Positions 46,495-56,482 of a stretch of 64,000 bases of DNA are shown one piece after another. Every line of letters starts with the position of its first letter. The first letter of the stretch is position 1. The stretch covers positions 37,656-101,655 of the IMG/VR virus record IMGVR_UViG_3300007276_000035; one strand, given 5' to 3'. Below the pieces are notes generated by a model that saw only the letters and a list, made by a program, of their open reading frames with translations, did not search any database and was not told where the DNA came from. Source of the DNA: a virus. Made by a program: the position numbers and the translations under genes.

Positions 46495-47354
46495 ACGCGG
46501 AATTCTGCTTTGTTGAGTACAGCTTTAATCCTGAAATAATCACGCTTAGCTCAATGGAAAGTCTACTAACTAAGTTAGGCTTTCAACGTAGAGCTTATCG
46601 AGATGAAGGGAATCACGTATTCTGGTTTCAGGGTAAATCATTAATTCTAGTAACGCAAGACACAACAATAAGCGCGCCAGCTATTACTGGTCTAGGTTTT
46701 GTAGTAGAGGAAAAAGAAATAGCATTACTTGGGACTGAGTTAGATATTTCTACTGCCATGTATTACTGCTTAGATCCACAAGGACTTAAAAACTACTTTG
46801 TTCCGTACGATTCAGAAGACAGCAACGTTGTTGGATTTGGATTTAAGCCCATTCCTGAAAATAAAGAACATAAGAATATCGGCTTAACAAGCATAAGCGG
46901 CGTAACATATAATTGCTGCCAATCTTCTTTACTATCATATTACGAAACACTAGGGTTTCGGGTAACCAAGCAAGGCGAACATTACGATCAGCTTACCGCT
47001 AAAAATAATAGATTTACTATAATGGCGTGCCTAAATAATGATAACTTACAAGTACAAAACCTTATCTTTGAAACACAAGATACATTTATTACTACTGCGC
47101 TATGTGTAGCTAACAAAATAAAACTTAAACACTTTGACATTAATCGAGATGAATTAGACTTTGGGAAACTAAGTCACTTGGTATATGGGTACAACTGCAA
47201 TGCGTCAGGGAATGCTAACAGTTATACTATTGAGAATTTCATACCAGATGCATTACCTAGCATTGATATAATTTTCAGAATGAGAAAACAGTTTATCGAC
47301 ATATCGGAACACACACTACGAGAATGCTATGCAGCCGAGTCAGAAGCAAAGTAA
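46491..47354 (+). CDS. Degenerate 4-HPPD-like (VOC fold) protein
   Basis: F.FVEY, LGF, F.QG, GLTSI...YN, VQNL.FET.D; metal-binding His not evident. Confidence 0.5.
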   Translation: MNAEFCFVEYSFNPEIITLSSMESLLTKLGFQRRAYRDEGNHVFWFQGKSLILVTQDTTISAPAITGLGFVVEEKEIALLGTELDISTAMYYCLDPQGLKNYFVPYDSEDSNVVGFGFKPIPENKEHKNIGLTSISGVTYNCCQSSLLSYYETLGFRVTKQGEHYDQLTAKNNRFTIMACLNNDNLQVQNLIFETQDTFITTALCVANKIKLKHFDINRDELDFGKLSHLVYGYNCNASGNANSYTIENFIPDALPSIDIIFRMRKQFIDISEHTLRECYAAESEAK

Positions 47355-47643
47355 AATAATACCAGACCTTTATTCGGAAGAATACCTCCAAGAATCATTT
47401 GGTTCTCTTACTCCGTCGATCGAAGAACGCACCTTGCGGACGTTTAATTCATGGGTGGCCTGGCGCAACACCGAGCTTGCCATATCACCTAATGTGCCAC
47501 CATGGAAAATACGCAAAGTAGTTAACCAACGCGGCTTACGTTATTTCGAAGATTATATTATCTCTAACAACAGAATCCGTTTTAGGGATAAATCCCAAGC
47601 AGGCTTAATGTTGCTAGTGTTAGGAGAAAAAGTTTCATGCTAG
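47329..47643 (+). CDS. Hypothetical protein
   Basis: Packed ORF. Confidence 0.6.
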   Translation: MQPSQKQSKIIPDLYSEEYLQESFGSLTPSIEERTLRTFNSWVAWRNTELAISPNVPPWKIRKVVNQRGLRYFEDYIISNNRIRFRDKSQAGLMLLVLGEKVSC

Positions 47644-47945
47644 ATTATTATTCCAAAGCCCAGGGGCTGACAGAAGAACAACTGTTAAATGAAATGGAGT
47701 CGATTAACAAACGGTTAATGCGAGGGCCAAGTCATGCTATAGAAGAACAATTGCTGGCTATGTTAGCAACCCTTGAGACAGCGTACCACGATACTCTAGA
47801 AACAGCAAGACTCAAGAACAGCAAAGATGAAGTATTAAATATAGGCGAGATAGAAGTTGTCGAATATACGCCAGATTACTCTGAGTCTGAAATGCTCGTA
47901 CATGTAGTTAATCAGTATATAGACCCGACGGAGAAAAAGAAATGA
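47637..47945 (+). CDS. Hypothetical protein
   Basis: AGGAG RBS. Confidence 0.65.
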   Translation: MLDYYSKAQGLTEEQLLNEMESINKRLMRGPSHAIEEQLLAMLATLETAYHDTLETARLKNSKDEVLNIGEIEVVEYTPDYSESEMLVHVVNQYIDPTEKKK

Positions 47946-48664
47946 ACAGTTTTGTGCTAGAAAAAACATTGAAGTTAAGACTAATTGCACTGTCTAGTAC
48001 GCAAGACCTTAATATACTTAACTACGATTTTAAATTTACATTGTTAACTGTTATGGAAAGTGAGTCTTCTTCAGATCTAGAAAAAGCCCAACAAACACAA
48101 AACATTAGTTATAACACAATAATTACGTTCCTAACTGACCTCGTAGACAATAGCATTATAGTAGTTGGTAACAAAGCAAGTGATATGGACGCAATAAGTG
48201 GATTTACTAATAACCTCATTGTAGTTCCGGACTTATCAGAGCTTAGCTTGATAGCTACATTACATTCGAAGCTTAATGCTATTACTGCTGAAGCTACAAC
48301 TGTAGATAAAATTACACTAAGAGATGTGGATTCAGACTTGTCGTACGAATATATACTGTTAGATGATCACTATGACGAATTACCTTCGGCAGAAGAATGG
48401 TCCAATGAACTTAGCTACTGGCCTGGTTGCTGGTGGAATAGGGTTGATATAACTACATCTGATCGTATTGCAGAAAATAAAAAAGAACATACCAAATGGC
48501 TAAAGATTAAGAAAGAACACAACATAGACGAAATAAACAAACAGTGGTTACATTCTATAGAGCAAGCCTTTGCGTGTACTAGTTTAGGAGAAGGCCAAGT
48601 CATTGAAGTTGACTTTGAAGCCAACGAACCGAAGCCAGCGTGGCGCCCAGTTTTTGTTGATTGA
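47942..48664 (+). CDS. Hypothetical protein
   Basis: WWNR.D..T.D motif; packed upstream of DnaE fragment. Confidence 0.7.
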   Translation: MNSFVLEKTLKLRLIALSSTQDLNILNYDFKFTLLTVMESESSSDLEKAQQTQNISYNTIITFLTDLVDNSIIVVGNKASDMDAISGFTNNLIVVPDLSELSLIATLHSKLNAITAEATTVDKITLRDVDSDLSYEYILLDDHYDELPSAEEWSNELSYWPGCWWNRVDITTSDRIAENKKEHTKWLKIKKEHNIDEINKQWLHSIEQAFACTSLGEGQVIEVDFEANEPKPAWRPVFVD

Positions 48665-48689
48665 CAAAAACACAACTACATAGTATAAT
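48661..48689 (+). promoter_or_regulatory. sigma70-type promoter (leaderless gene follows)
   Basis: TTGACA-N17-TATAAT; ATG 6 nt downstream. Confidence 0.75.
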
Positions 48690-48695
48690 ATTATT

Positions 48696-49163
48696 ATGAA
48701 TGACATTATCGCAGACACAAACACTGCAATTGAGGTATTATACCGAGATAGAAGTTTAACTGATATAATAGTATCCGAAGAATTGTGTGAAGAATATAAC
48801 AAAGTAGCACAGCTATTAGAATTAGATCCGTTACATAGTACTATAGACAGTAGCACAGATTTTGTAATCCCTGACGAATATAAGCAAATTAATGTTGAGC
48901 AATATATCTTAAATTTAGTTCCTGCTGATTCTGATCCAATGGTTATCGCAAGGGTAGAGGAGGAGTTAGCACTGTTTAATGCCAAAAACCTATACTCGTT
49001 GCTACAATTGATGATATATATAGTTGATGCTATGCGTAAAGAAAATATAGTTTGGGGTATAGGCCGCGGTAGTAGTGTAGCAAGTTATTGTTTATACTTA
49101 TTAGGCGTACACCAAATAGACAGTATAAAGTATGAATTAGACATACATGAATTTTTAAAGTAG
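48696..49163 (+). CDS. DNA polymerase III alpha (DnaE) fragment
   Basis: RV.EEL, IVD.MR...IVWG.GRGSSVAS..LYLLGVH.ID.IKY.L...EFL. Confidence 0.85.
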   Translation: MNDIIADTNTAIEVLYRDRSLTDIIVSEELCEEYNKVAQLLELDPLHSTIDSSTDFVIPDEYKQINVEQYILNLVPADSDPMVIARVEEELALFNAKNLYSLLQLMIYIVDAMRKENIVWGIGRGSSVASYCLYLLGVHQIDSIKYELDIHEFLK

Positions 49164-49171
49164 AGGATAAC

Positions 49172-49609
49172 ATGGCAATAAGAAAATCAAACCGAGGCGC
49201 TACTGTAGACATGGATGCGTTGATATCAAAATCTAATCCTAGTAGCCCGTCTGTTGGCAACATGCGAGTTAATGCAAATGGTGATAGGTTAGGCTCTAAT
49301 GGTGAGGTGATCCAAAAAAACGAAGATCGTGTCAGAGAATATTACAAGGACAATCCTCGTAGCAGCACAAACAACGCAAGCCTTAAAGGCGGAATGCAAA
49401 ATACTCAAGAGCCGACAGTAAAGGAAACTACAAAGCCTGCAACCAAAAAGAAATCTATTAAGCCAGATACTGAACCAGTAGTAGAACCAGTAGTAGAACC
49501 AGTAGAGTTCGATGCACCTGATGAAGTACAGCCACTAGGATACAAAGAAGTACACTTACCTAACGGTGATATAGATATGGTTCCATATTACAAAGAAGAA
49601 GATAAATGA
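49172..49609 (+). CDS. Hypothetical protein
   Basis: G..VDM..L, VGNMRVNA.GD.LG..G; EPVV repeat. Confidence 0.75.
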   Translation: MAIRKSNRGATVDMDALISKSNPSSPSVGNMRVNANGDRLGSNGEVIQKNEDRVREYYKDNPRSSTNNASLKGGMQNTQEPTVKETTKPATKKKSIKPDTEPVVEPVVEPVEFDAPDEVQPLGYKEVHLPNGDIDMVPYYKEEDK

Positions 49610-49666
49610 TAGGTCAGGTGCTAGATATTCTCAACAATAATATGAAAACCAAATAACGGGTGCAAA

Positions 49667-50014
49667 ATGAAACTACATGCAATTAACGACGATATACTAT
49701 GCACCGAAGGCGACTTCGGCGACCAAGTGCTAAAGTCAACTGGTATTATCGTAAAGAGTAACGCTAAAGAAAGTCAGGGTATTACAGCTCGCTGGTTTAA
49801 AATACTAAGTGTCGGCCCTGACGCTGATCAGAACCTAAAGCCTGGACAATGGTTGTTAGTGGAATATGGTCGTTGGTCAAACGGTCTTCGTATTGATCAA
49901 GATACAACTATCTGGAAAGTTGACCCAGAGCGATTACTTGCTATTGCCGATGAGAAACCTGAAACATTTTATTACAATAGAGAAGTAGCTACCGCTGACA
50001 AACTGGTGTATTAA
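49667..50014 (+). CDS. GroES-like co-chaperonin
   Basis: L.AI.D.IL, TGII, VGP, L.PG.W.LV..GRW. Confidence 0.7.
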   Translation: MKLHAINDDILCTEGDFGDQVLKSTGIIVKSNAKESQGITARWFKILSVGPDADQNLKPGQWLLVEYGRWSNGLRIDQDTTIWKVDPERLLAIADEKPETFYYNREVATADKLVY

Positions 50015-50716
50015 ATGCCAGCTTTTCCTAGAGAGGAAAGACTACCAATATTTAAAGATATAAACATTGACTGGGAAAACAGTAATGTTCTTGACTTTGG
50101 TGGTAACCGAGGAAACTTACTTGAAGATTTAGTAGCTTCGGAATATGATTTTAATCCTGAAAATTATACGTCACTTGATGTTGACCCGTCAGGACTAGAG
50201 CTTGGTCAACAAAACTTTCCAGCAAGCTCTTGGGTACATTACAACGCTGGCAATCCGGTATATAACCCAAATGGTGTAACCGGACATGCATTACCTTTCA
50301 GACCTAATACGTTTGACGTTAGTGTAGCATATAGTGTTCATAGTCACAGCACATACGAACAGCTAGTTTGGGATTTAACACAACTCAAGAAAGTAACCAA
50401 GCCAGGCGGTCTTATTGTGACTACTATTGTTGACAGGGATTTGCTTAACTTATTTCTATATAAACGCCTCAATGAATATCCCGAAGTAAGTATCCCAAAC
50501 GACTTCAATCATCTAGAAACGTATCTTTATTTTATTAACGGTAATATAATAGCTAACGACTTACGAAGTACAATAAAAAAGAAGCATTTAGTCACAGTGT
50601 ACGATGTAGATTGGCTAGCAGAAGACTTGACAGAACGAGGTTTTGATGTTACTATAAGAAATAAGATATCTGCGATAAGTCAGATCCCATTGGAGATTAA
50701 AAACAATGAAAGATAG
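50015..50716 (+). CDS. Class I SAM-dependent methyltransferase
   Basis: VLDFGGNRG, LDVD, LPF...TFD, KPGG. Confidence 0.85.
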   Translation: MPAFPREERLPIFKDINIDWENSNVLDFGGNRGNLLEDLVASEYDFNPENYTSLDVDPSGLELGQQNFPASSWVHYNAGNPVYNPNGVTGHALPFRPNTFDVSVAYSVHSHSTYEQLVWDLTQLKKVTKPGGLIVTTIVDRDLLNLFLYKRLNEYPEVSIPNDFNHLETYLYFINGNIIANDLRSTIKKKHLVTVYDVDWLAEDLTERGFDVTIRNKISAISQIPLEIKNNER

Positions 50717-50867
50717 AAGATCGGGAGTAGGCACACTTGGTTTGTTAGGTTTAGCCCTTACTGTATTAGTTATCACGGGCCACCTAAGTGCCTGGTTTCT
50801 GATAGCTGGCGTGTTTTTTATAATAGTTGGGATCGGGGACGAAATAGAAGATCACAGTAACATTTAA
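50706..50867 (+). CDS. Small membrane protein (not in ORF track)
   Basis: GGAG RBS; two hydrophobic segments. Confidence 0.55.
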   Translation: MKDRRSGVGTLGLLGLALTVLVITGHLSAWFLIAGVFFIIVGIGDEIEDHSNI

Positions 50868-50884
50868 CCTTAAGGAGGTGTCTC

Positions 50885-51118
50885 GTGAGTACTATTGTTA
50901 ATAAGAAAATTTCTTCTTACGTAGATATGTTGTATTTGGAAATTATAAATCCCTACAACGACGGATACACAACATGGGGCTACAAGAAAGACTTGTATGA
51001 TGCAATTTTTTATATCGAGGACAAGTTAGCTGACTGCTCAAGCCACGGCGCGGTAGAAACTGAATACCTCAAAGAACAGAAAATCGCACGAGCACAAAAA
51101 ATTCTAGAAGGAAAATAA
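50885..51118 (+). CDS. Hypothetical protein
   Basis: AAGGAGGT RBS; PYNDGYT.W..K. Confidence 0.7.
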   Translation: MSTIVNKKISSYVDMLYLEIINPYNDGYTTWGYKKDLYDAIFYIEDKLADCSSHGAVETEYLKEQKIARAQKILEGK

Positions 51119-51121
51119 TAC

Positions 51122-51937
51122 ATGAAGCTTGGCATAGTGGGTAGCGGGTTTGTTGGCAGTAGTGTAATCAATGGATTTAATCGTCCTGAAGTTGAACAAT
51201 GGGTAGTAGATCCTAAAAAGACAACCACTACAATGGATGAACTTATTAATGCAAAGCCTGAGATAGTATTTGTATGTGTGCCCACACCAAACACCGAAAA
51301 CGGCGAAGTAGACATATCCATAGTTTTTGATGTACTTGAGCAAATGCATTACAAGAGATACAAGGGAATCGTTGTGCTTAAAAGCACAATCACTCCTGAC
51401 TTACTTGAATCATTAACCCGCATATACCCAGATTTAAGAATAATTTATAACCCTGAGTTTTTAACCGCACAAAATGCGTGGGCAGACTTTCTTAATCCCC
51501 CGATGCAAATATTAGGAGGTGACTGGGACGATTGCATACAAGTCGAAAAGGCGTATGTAGAACACAGCAACGTTAAGATTGTGCCTACGTTTAAAACAGA
51601 CTTGACAAGTGCAAGTCTTATTAAGTACACAATTAACGCATGGCTTGCTACGAAAGTAGTGTTTATGAATGAACTGCATTTACTCCACGCTCGCGCAAAC
51701 TGCGAAACATCATGGGATCAATTTACAGAAATGCTTTCTACTGATTTGCGCATAGGTAATAGTCATATGCAAGTCCCTGGCCCCGACCACAGCTATGGTT
51801 TTGGTGGTGCATGTTTTCCTAAGGACACACAAGCATTGCTAAACTTTGCATCACGATATCTAGAACAAGAACTAAGTGTGCTAGATCAAGCAGTGGCGCG
51901 TAACAACGAACTAAGACAGGAGAAACATCACAAATGA
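51122..51937 (+). CDS. UDP-glucose/GDP-mannose dehydrogenase (no C-terminal domain)
   Basis: GIVGSGFVG, CVPTP, KSTI, YNPEFL, GFGGACFPKD. Confidence 0.92.
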   Translation: MKLGIVGSGFVGSSVINGFNRPEVEQWVVDPKKTTTTMDELINAKPEIVFVCVPTPNTENGEVDISIVFDVLEQMHYKRYKGIVVLKSTITPDLLESLTRIYPDLRIIYNPEFLTAQNAWADFLNPPMQILGGDWDDCIQVEKAYVEHSNVKIVPTFKTDLTSASLIKYTINAWLATKVVFMNELHLLHARANCETSWDQFTEMLSTDLRIGNSHMQVPGPDHSYGFGGACFPKDTQALLNFASRYLEQELSVLDQAVARNNELRQEKHHK

Positions 51938-52067
51938 AAAAGGAAAAAGTTAACATAATAGATTTTTTAACTAACGACGAAAATCCTACACTAAAAAGAC
52001 TCGAAGCTCAACTCCTGAAGGATCCCGAGTTTATAAAGTTACTCAAAGATAAAGGCTATAAACAAAA

Positions 52068-52988
52068 ATGAAAGAACTATGGACTGAAAAGTATCGACCC
52101 AACACAACAAACGATTATGTGTTTAGGGACAGTGATCAAAAAAGACAAGTAAGAGGCTGGATTGCTAGTGGAGCTATGCCACATTTGTTGTTTAGTGGTA
52201 GCCCTGGCGTAGGCAAAACTACGTTAGCTAAATTGTTGTTACACGAGTTAGACGTAAACGATTTGGACGTACTAGAGATTAACGCTAGTAATGAAAACAA
52301 TATAGACACCATCAGAAATAAGATTACAAACTTTGCTAGCACAATGCCATTTGGTGACATGAAGTATGTGTTGCTAGATGAAGCTGACTACATTACACCA
52401 AACGGTCAAGCAGCGTTGCGCGGCGTAATGGAAATGTATCATACTAGCTGTAGGTTCTTGTTAACGTGTAACTATCCACAACGTATTATTCCTGCACTAC
52501 ATAGTCGTTGCCAGGGATTTCACATTGAAAAATTAGATGTAACAGAATTTACTGCTCGTATTGCTACCATTGCTGTTACTGAGGGAGTAGATCTAGATCT
52601 TGATACATTGGACACTTATGTACAAGCTACCTATCCTGACTTACGCAAGTGCATTAATTTAGTACAGCAAAATGTGGTAGATGGCAAACTACAATCGCCA
52701 CAAGCTGGTGATGAATCTACTAGCGATTGGATGCTAGAAGCAATCGCATTATTCAAATCCAATAAGTTTAAAGAAGCACGAACACTTGTGGTTAACAAGG
52801 CTAGACCAGAAGAGTATGATGATATATTTAGGTTTATGTATCGTAACTTAGAGTTATGGGGAGAAACTGACATGCAGCAAGACCAGGCCTTGATTGTTAT
52901 ACGCGATGGTATGGTTAAGAGCGTAGCTTGTGCTGACCCTGAGATTAACTTATCTGCTACGTTTGTAGAACTTGGCATGATTAGCTAA
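52068..52988 (+). CDS. Clamp loader ATPase subunit (RFC/gp44-like)
   Basis: WTEKYRP, GSPGVGKTT, INAS, LDEAD, SRC. Confidence 0.95.
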   Translation: MKELWTEKYRPNTTNDYVFRDSDQKRQVRGWIASGAMPHLLFSGSPGVGKTTLAKLLLHELDVNDLDVLEINASNENNIDTIRNKITNFASTMPFGDMKYVLLDEADYITPNGQAALRGVMEMYHTSCRFLLTCNYPQRIIPALHSRCQGFHIEKLDVTEFTARIATIAVTEGVDLDLDTLDTYVQATYPDLRKCINLVQQNVVDGKLQSPQAGDESTSDWMLEAIALFKSNKFKEARTLVVNKARPEEYDDIFRFMYRNLELWGETDMQQDQALIVIRDGMVKSVACADPEINLSATFVELGMIS

Positions 52989-52996
52989 ATAGTATT

Positions 52997-53275
52997 ATGA
53001 CAACAGAGACAGAAAAAATAATATGGTATAAACGTTTTTGGAACTGGATAGTTAGTTTGTTCCTTGAAGAATACGAACTAACTGTCTGGTACGTTTATGA
53101 GGAATATGATGATTCACTGGGTATGAAAGTAACTAGACGCAGCGAGCGTACATACCTACTTAAAGACATAAGAAAGAAAACTCCTACTCACATACGCGGA
53201 AAAGATATAAATGGATACGACTTTGAAATTAAAACAGTTGCTCCGTTTGACTATCAGATTACAAAAACAAAGTAA
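52997..53275 (+). CDS. Hypothetical protein
   Basis: TAAATA-N5-ATG. Confidence 0.65.
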   Translation: MTTETEKIIWYKRFWNWIVSLFLEEYELTVWYVYEEYDDSLGMKVTRRSERTYLLKDIRKKTPTHIRGKDINGYDFEIKTVAPFDYQITKTK

Positions 53276-53920
53276 TTAGTGAACTATAACGTCGATTGGT
53301 TGTTTCTTTTTGCTAGGAAACACAATGTCGTGATCCTTGTGATGAACACGCCTTGGTAACTTTCCTGGTACCCCGATGCCCATTATTAATACAGCACTAT
53401 CTTCTAAGCCGAGTAGTTCAGCAACACCTGTGGGATTAAAACATGCACAGCAACCTGTACCATAACCCATAAGGCTAGCAGTTAAGTTAGCGTATCCAGC
53501 TGCTACACCTACTGCCATTTCACGATCACGCATAACTTCATTCAACACCTGATCATGATCATAATCATACCTTAAGTATTCATAGTTATTAACTATACGA
53601 GCACCGTTTTCTTCAGTGTTTGCTGCTTCGAAGACTAGCACAAGGTGCGCTAGTGTTTGACTGTTAGTTGTAATAGTTTGTTTTTCATCACCTATACCAA
53701 AGCCTTCGGTTAGCAAATGCAACTTTTCGATAATGTCACGATCTTGCAATACGTGTACCTTATAAAACGATGCATTTTGTTTGCTAGGACATTGGGTTAC
53801 ACTTTCTAAAATAATATCAACGTCTTCTTGCGGCATTTCAGCATCAAGATCCCAGTTGCGTTGAACGTGCTGGCTACGATGTATTGTTTTAAATAAGTCT
53901 TTATGTGATTTGTTAACCAT
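53276..53920 (-). CDS. Nitroreductase-family protein
   Basis: QRNWD, CPSKQN, A..MGYGTGCC.CF, MGIG. Confidence 0.8.
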   Translation of the reverse strand: MVNKSHKDLFKTIHRSQHVQRNWDLDAEMPQEDVDIILESVTQCPSKQNASFYKVHVLQDRDIIEKLHLLTEGFGIGDEKQTITTNSQTLAHLVLVFEAANTEENGARIVNNYEYLRYDYDHDQVLNEVMRDREMAVGVAAGYANLTASLMGYGTGCCACFNPTGVAELLGLEDSAVLIMGIGVPGKLPRRVHHKDHDIVFPSKKKQPIDVIVH

Positions 53921-53949
53921 TAGTTTCTCCTATAACAATTGTATTTATC

Positions 53950-53977
53950 AAAAAAATAGGAGCCGAAGCCCCCATTT
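53950..53977 (-). terminator. Rho-independent terminator after phoH
   Basis: Minus strand GGGGGC-TTCG-GCTCCT followed by ATTTTTTT. Confidence 0.75.
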
Positions 53978-53991
53978 AAACTATATGTAGT

Positions 53992-54747
53992 TTACACTTC
54001 GTCGTATAAAGCCAATACTTCAGCAACAGCAGGGTGACGTTCGATATCAGTACTATCGAATTCCACTAGCTTGATTCTACTCGAACCACTGCTTATTAAC
54101 CGCTCTATAAACATTTTGAGTCCATTGCTCTCAAAACCTCGATCGTGTTGCGCTAAGTCACCAGTTACTACAATCTTAGAACCGTCACCAATTCTAGTTA
54201 GTAGCATCTTCATCTGGCTGTCTGTAGCGTTTTGCATTTCATCTGCTATAATAAAAGAGTTCTTAAATGTTCGACCTCGCATGTATGCTAACGGGGCAAC
54301 TTCTATCTTGTTATCGCCTAACATATATTCAATCTGGTCTGGTGTGTAATACTCTTCAAAGATATCAAATATCGGTCTTGTCCACGGTGCCATCTTCTCT
54401 TGTAACGTGCCTGGTAAGAAACCATGTTGCTCGTCCACACTTACGGCAGGACGCGTCACAACAAACTTATCTACATTGCCTGACTTTAATCCTTTAATAC
54501 CTGCTAGTGTTGAGATTAGTGTTTTGCCTGTTCCTGCTGGTCCTACTGCAAACACTATGTTGATGTTGTGATCTTCTAGATAACCTAGTAAATCATCCTG
54601 GTGGAAATTTCTTGGGGTAATTTCTACTGATTTAATACGTTGACGCTCCATTGGGGCATCTGTTTTAACTAGTCTCAAATAACTATCTCCTTGATTTTTT
54701 TGGTTGCGATATTTGTTACAACTTTCTTTGCGTTTCTTCCTTGCCAT
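53992..54747 (-). CDS. phoH: PhoH-like ATPase
   Basis: GPAGTGKT, TRP.V, GFLPG, PLAYMRGRTF, DEMQN, GD..Q.D. Confidence 0.96.
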   Translation of the reverse strand: MARKKRKESCNKYRNQKNQGDSYLRLVKTDAPMERQRIKSVEITPRNFHQDDLLGYLEDHNINIVFAVGPAGTGKTLISTLAGIKGLKSGNVDKFVVTRPAVSVDEQHGFLPGTLQEKMAPWTRPIFDIFEEYYTPDQIEYMLGDNKIEVAPLAYMRGRTFKNSFIIADEMQNATDSQMKMLLTRIGDGSKIVVTGDLAQHDRGFESNGLKMFIERLISSGSSRIKLVEFDSTDIERHPAVAEVLALYDEV

Positions 54748-54985
54748 GGGTACATCTCCCGTTCGGCCACTAGAAAACACAGTGCAGGTTGTAGCCTACC
54801 ATGCTTTTTAGATGGGTTAAGAGGTTGGTTGGTATGATTGTTGTTTTGCGTCATACAATAATATTTAGCTTAAAACTCAAACCATAATATACTGTTATAA
54901 AATAGAATGTCGCGCTCTCCTAATAACAATAATCATCCCCGTTCCTTCTTAAAAGCGATAAATACTTATAACTTGGAGTTACGCT

Positions 54986-55552
54986 ATGACAATCGCAGTT
55001 AAAATGCTAAATGATCAGATAAGAAAAATATCTGAAACTAATACATTACTTGATATGCTTCTAGAATTTGAACGTATTCTAGAAGATATCGATCTTTATT
55101 CATACGCTAATTGGCAGAAGGGTGAGATTCTCGAAGGTCCTGTGTTTAGCAGGCACTTTATTACTGTTACGCTAATGTACCCTGAAAAAGATATGCCAGA
55201 TCCTAATGGCGCGAAGCGTTTGTTTGATAAAGACTGTTTAGTTAAGTATAAGAAGAATACACTCATTAGCCCTGTAAAAGTAAAATCCTTTGATGATGTT
55301 ACTACTGAGCTAGGCCCCGACGGTAAGACCAGAACAAAAGCCAAAACAAAATCAGAGCCAGTTTGGACTGTAGAGATACAAATGCCCCGCCGTTACGTGG
55401 ATGAATTTAATACTGATGTTATAAAAGCAGATGAAGATGCTTACGTAGACACAGAAAGCCTTAACCAAGAAGAACTTGCTGACGCAGAACAAATGGTTAA
55501 AGGTACCCAAGAAGACGACGATCTAAATGCACAACTGCCGGGCGAGTTTTAA
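54986..55552 (+). CDS. Conserved jumbo-phage late protein
   Basis: LLEFER.L...DLY..NW..GE...GP, MPDP.GA.RL; GATAAATA at 54957. Confidence 0.7.
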   Translation: MTIAVKMLNDQIRKISETNTLLDMLLEFERILEDIDLYSYANWQKGEILEGPVFSRHFITVTLMYPEKDMPDPNGAKRLFDKDCLVKYKKNTLISPVKVKSFDDVTTELGPDGKTRTKAKTKSEPVWTVEIQMPRRYVDEFNTDVIKADEDAYVDTESLNQEELADAEQMVKGTQEDDDLNAQLPGEF

Positions 55553-55598
55553 AACCTAATCCTTTAAGTCTGTCTTACTTTTTTAATAAATATTAGTC

Positions 55599-56432
55599 AT
55601 GAAAAGATTATTTGCATTCGGGTGCAGCTTCACCCGCTATTGGTGGCCTACTTGGGTTTTAGCCATTGATGAAAACTTTGACGAAACCCAAAACTGGGCC
55701 CTACCAGGCGGCAGCAATCCATTTATAGCAACTAGCGTAACAGAAGCCAATCAGCGCCACAAGTTCACCAAAGACGACACTGTTATCATTATGTGGACTA
55801 GTGTGGCTAGAGATGCATTTTATAACGATATTTGGTTCTTAGTCGGAAACGTATACGACCCTAATCCACCATTTAATATACCTCAAGATGATCGGTGGAG
55901 CTTGCGTGGTTACACTATGCGTGACTTAGCAGCAGTATCAAGTACTCGCGCCTTGCTAGAAAACATAGGATGCAACTTTATTTTTACGAGCATGATTGGC
56001 TTTGACGAAGATCCATCAAACGTACCAATAAACGTACCACTCGCTAGACATTTTAATAGTGACAGCGAGAAGTTCAGAATAGAAGACACTGACGATATCA
56101 TGGATCTTTATAAAGATGATTTATCTATATTCAGACGTAGCACATACGATGTTATATATGACCAAGACTTCCTAAGTAAGCCGTTACCAAACGGGAACTC
56201 GCGCCACGATCTCCATCCTAGGCCTGACGAAGCAGGTAAGTTTGCAGAAATAGTATTGCCGGAGTTTCCTATTTCGAGTGCTAAATGGGATATCCTGCAT
56301 GATGCCACAGCTAGTATAGATGAGTTTTATGCGCAACAAGACATCGGTGAACGTATGCGTGGCACCGATGAAAACCCAACGATACTACAAAGATATCTTG
56401 AATTATTAAGAACTGGCCCTGAAAGATTTTAA
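55599..56432 (+). CDS. SGNH-like protein
   Basis: RLFAFGCSFT.Y.WPTW, G.SN, MWT...R.D, DLHP. Confidence 0.7.
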   Translation: MKRLFAFGCSFTRYWWPTWVLAIDENFDETQNWALPGGSNPFIATSVTEANQRHKFTKDDTVIIMWTSVARDAFYNDIWFLVGNVYDPNPPFNIPQDDRWSLRGYTMRDLAAVSSTRALLENIGCNFIFTSMIGFDEDPSNVPINVPLARHFNSDSEKFRIEDTDDIMDLYKDDLSIFRRSTYDVIYDQDFLSKPLPNGNSRHDLHPRPDEAGKFAEIVLPEFPISSAKWDILHDATASIDEFYAQQDIGERMRGTDENPTILQRYLELLRTGPERF

Positions 56433-56482
56433 TAGAATGATAAATATAAACATAGTACTGTAATAAAAATTGAGATTAAACA

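Noticed and set aside
49472-49507. 12-bp tandem repeat GAACCAGTAGTA x3
   Set aside because: In-frame EPVV low-complexity linker within a CDS.
54780-54860. 27-codon leaderless uORF and weak hairpin upstream of phoH
   Set aside because: No recognisable motif; could arise by chance, and support is insufficient.
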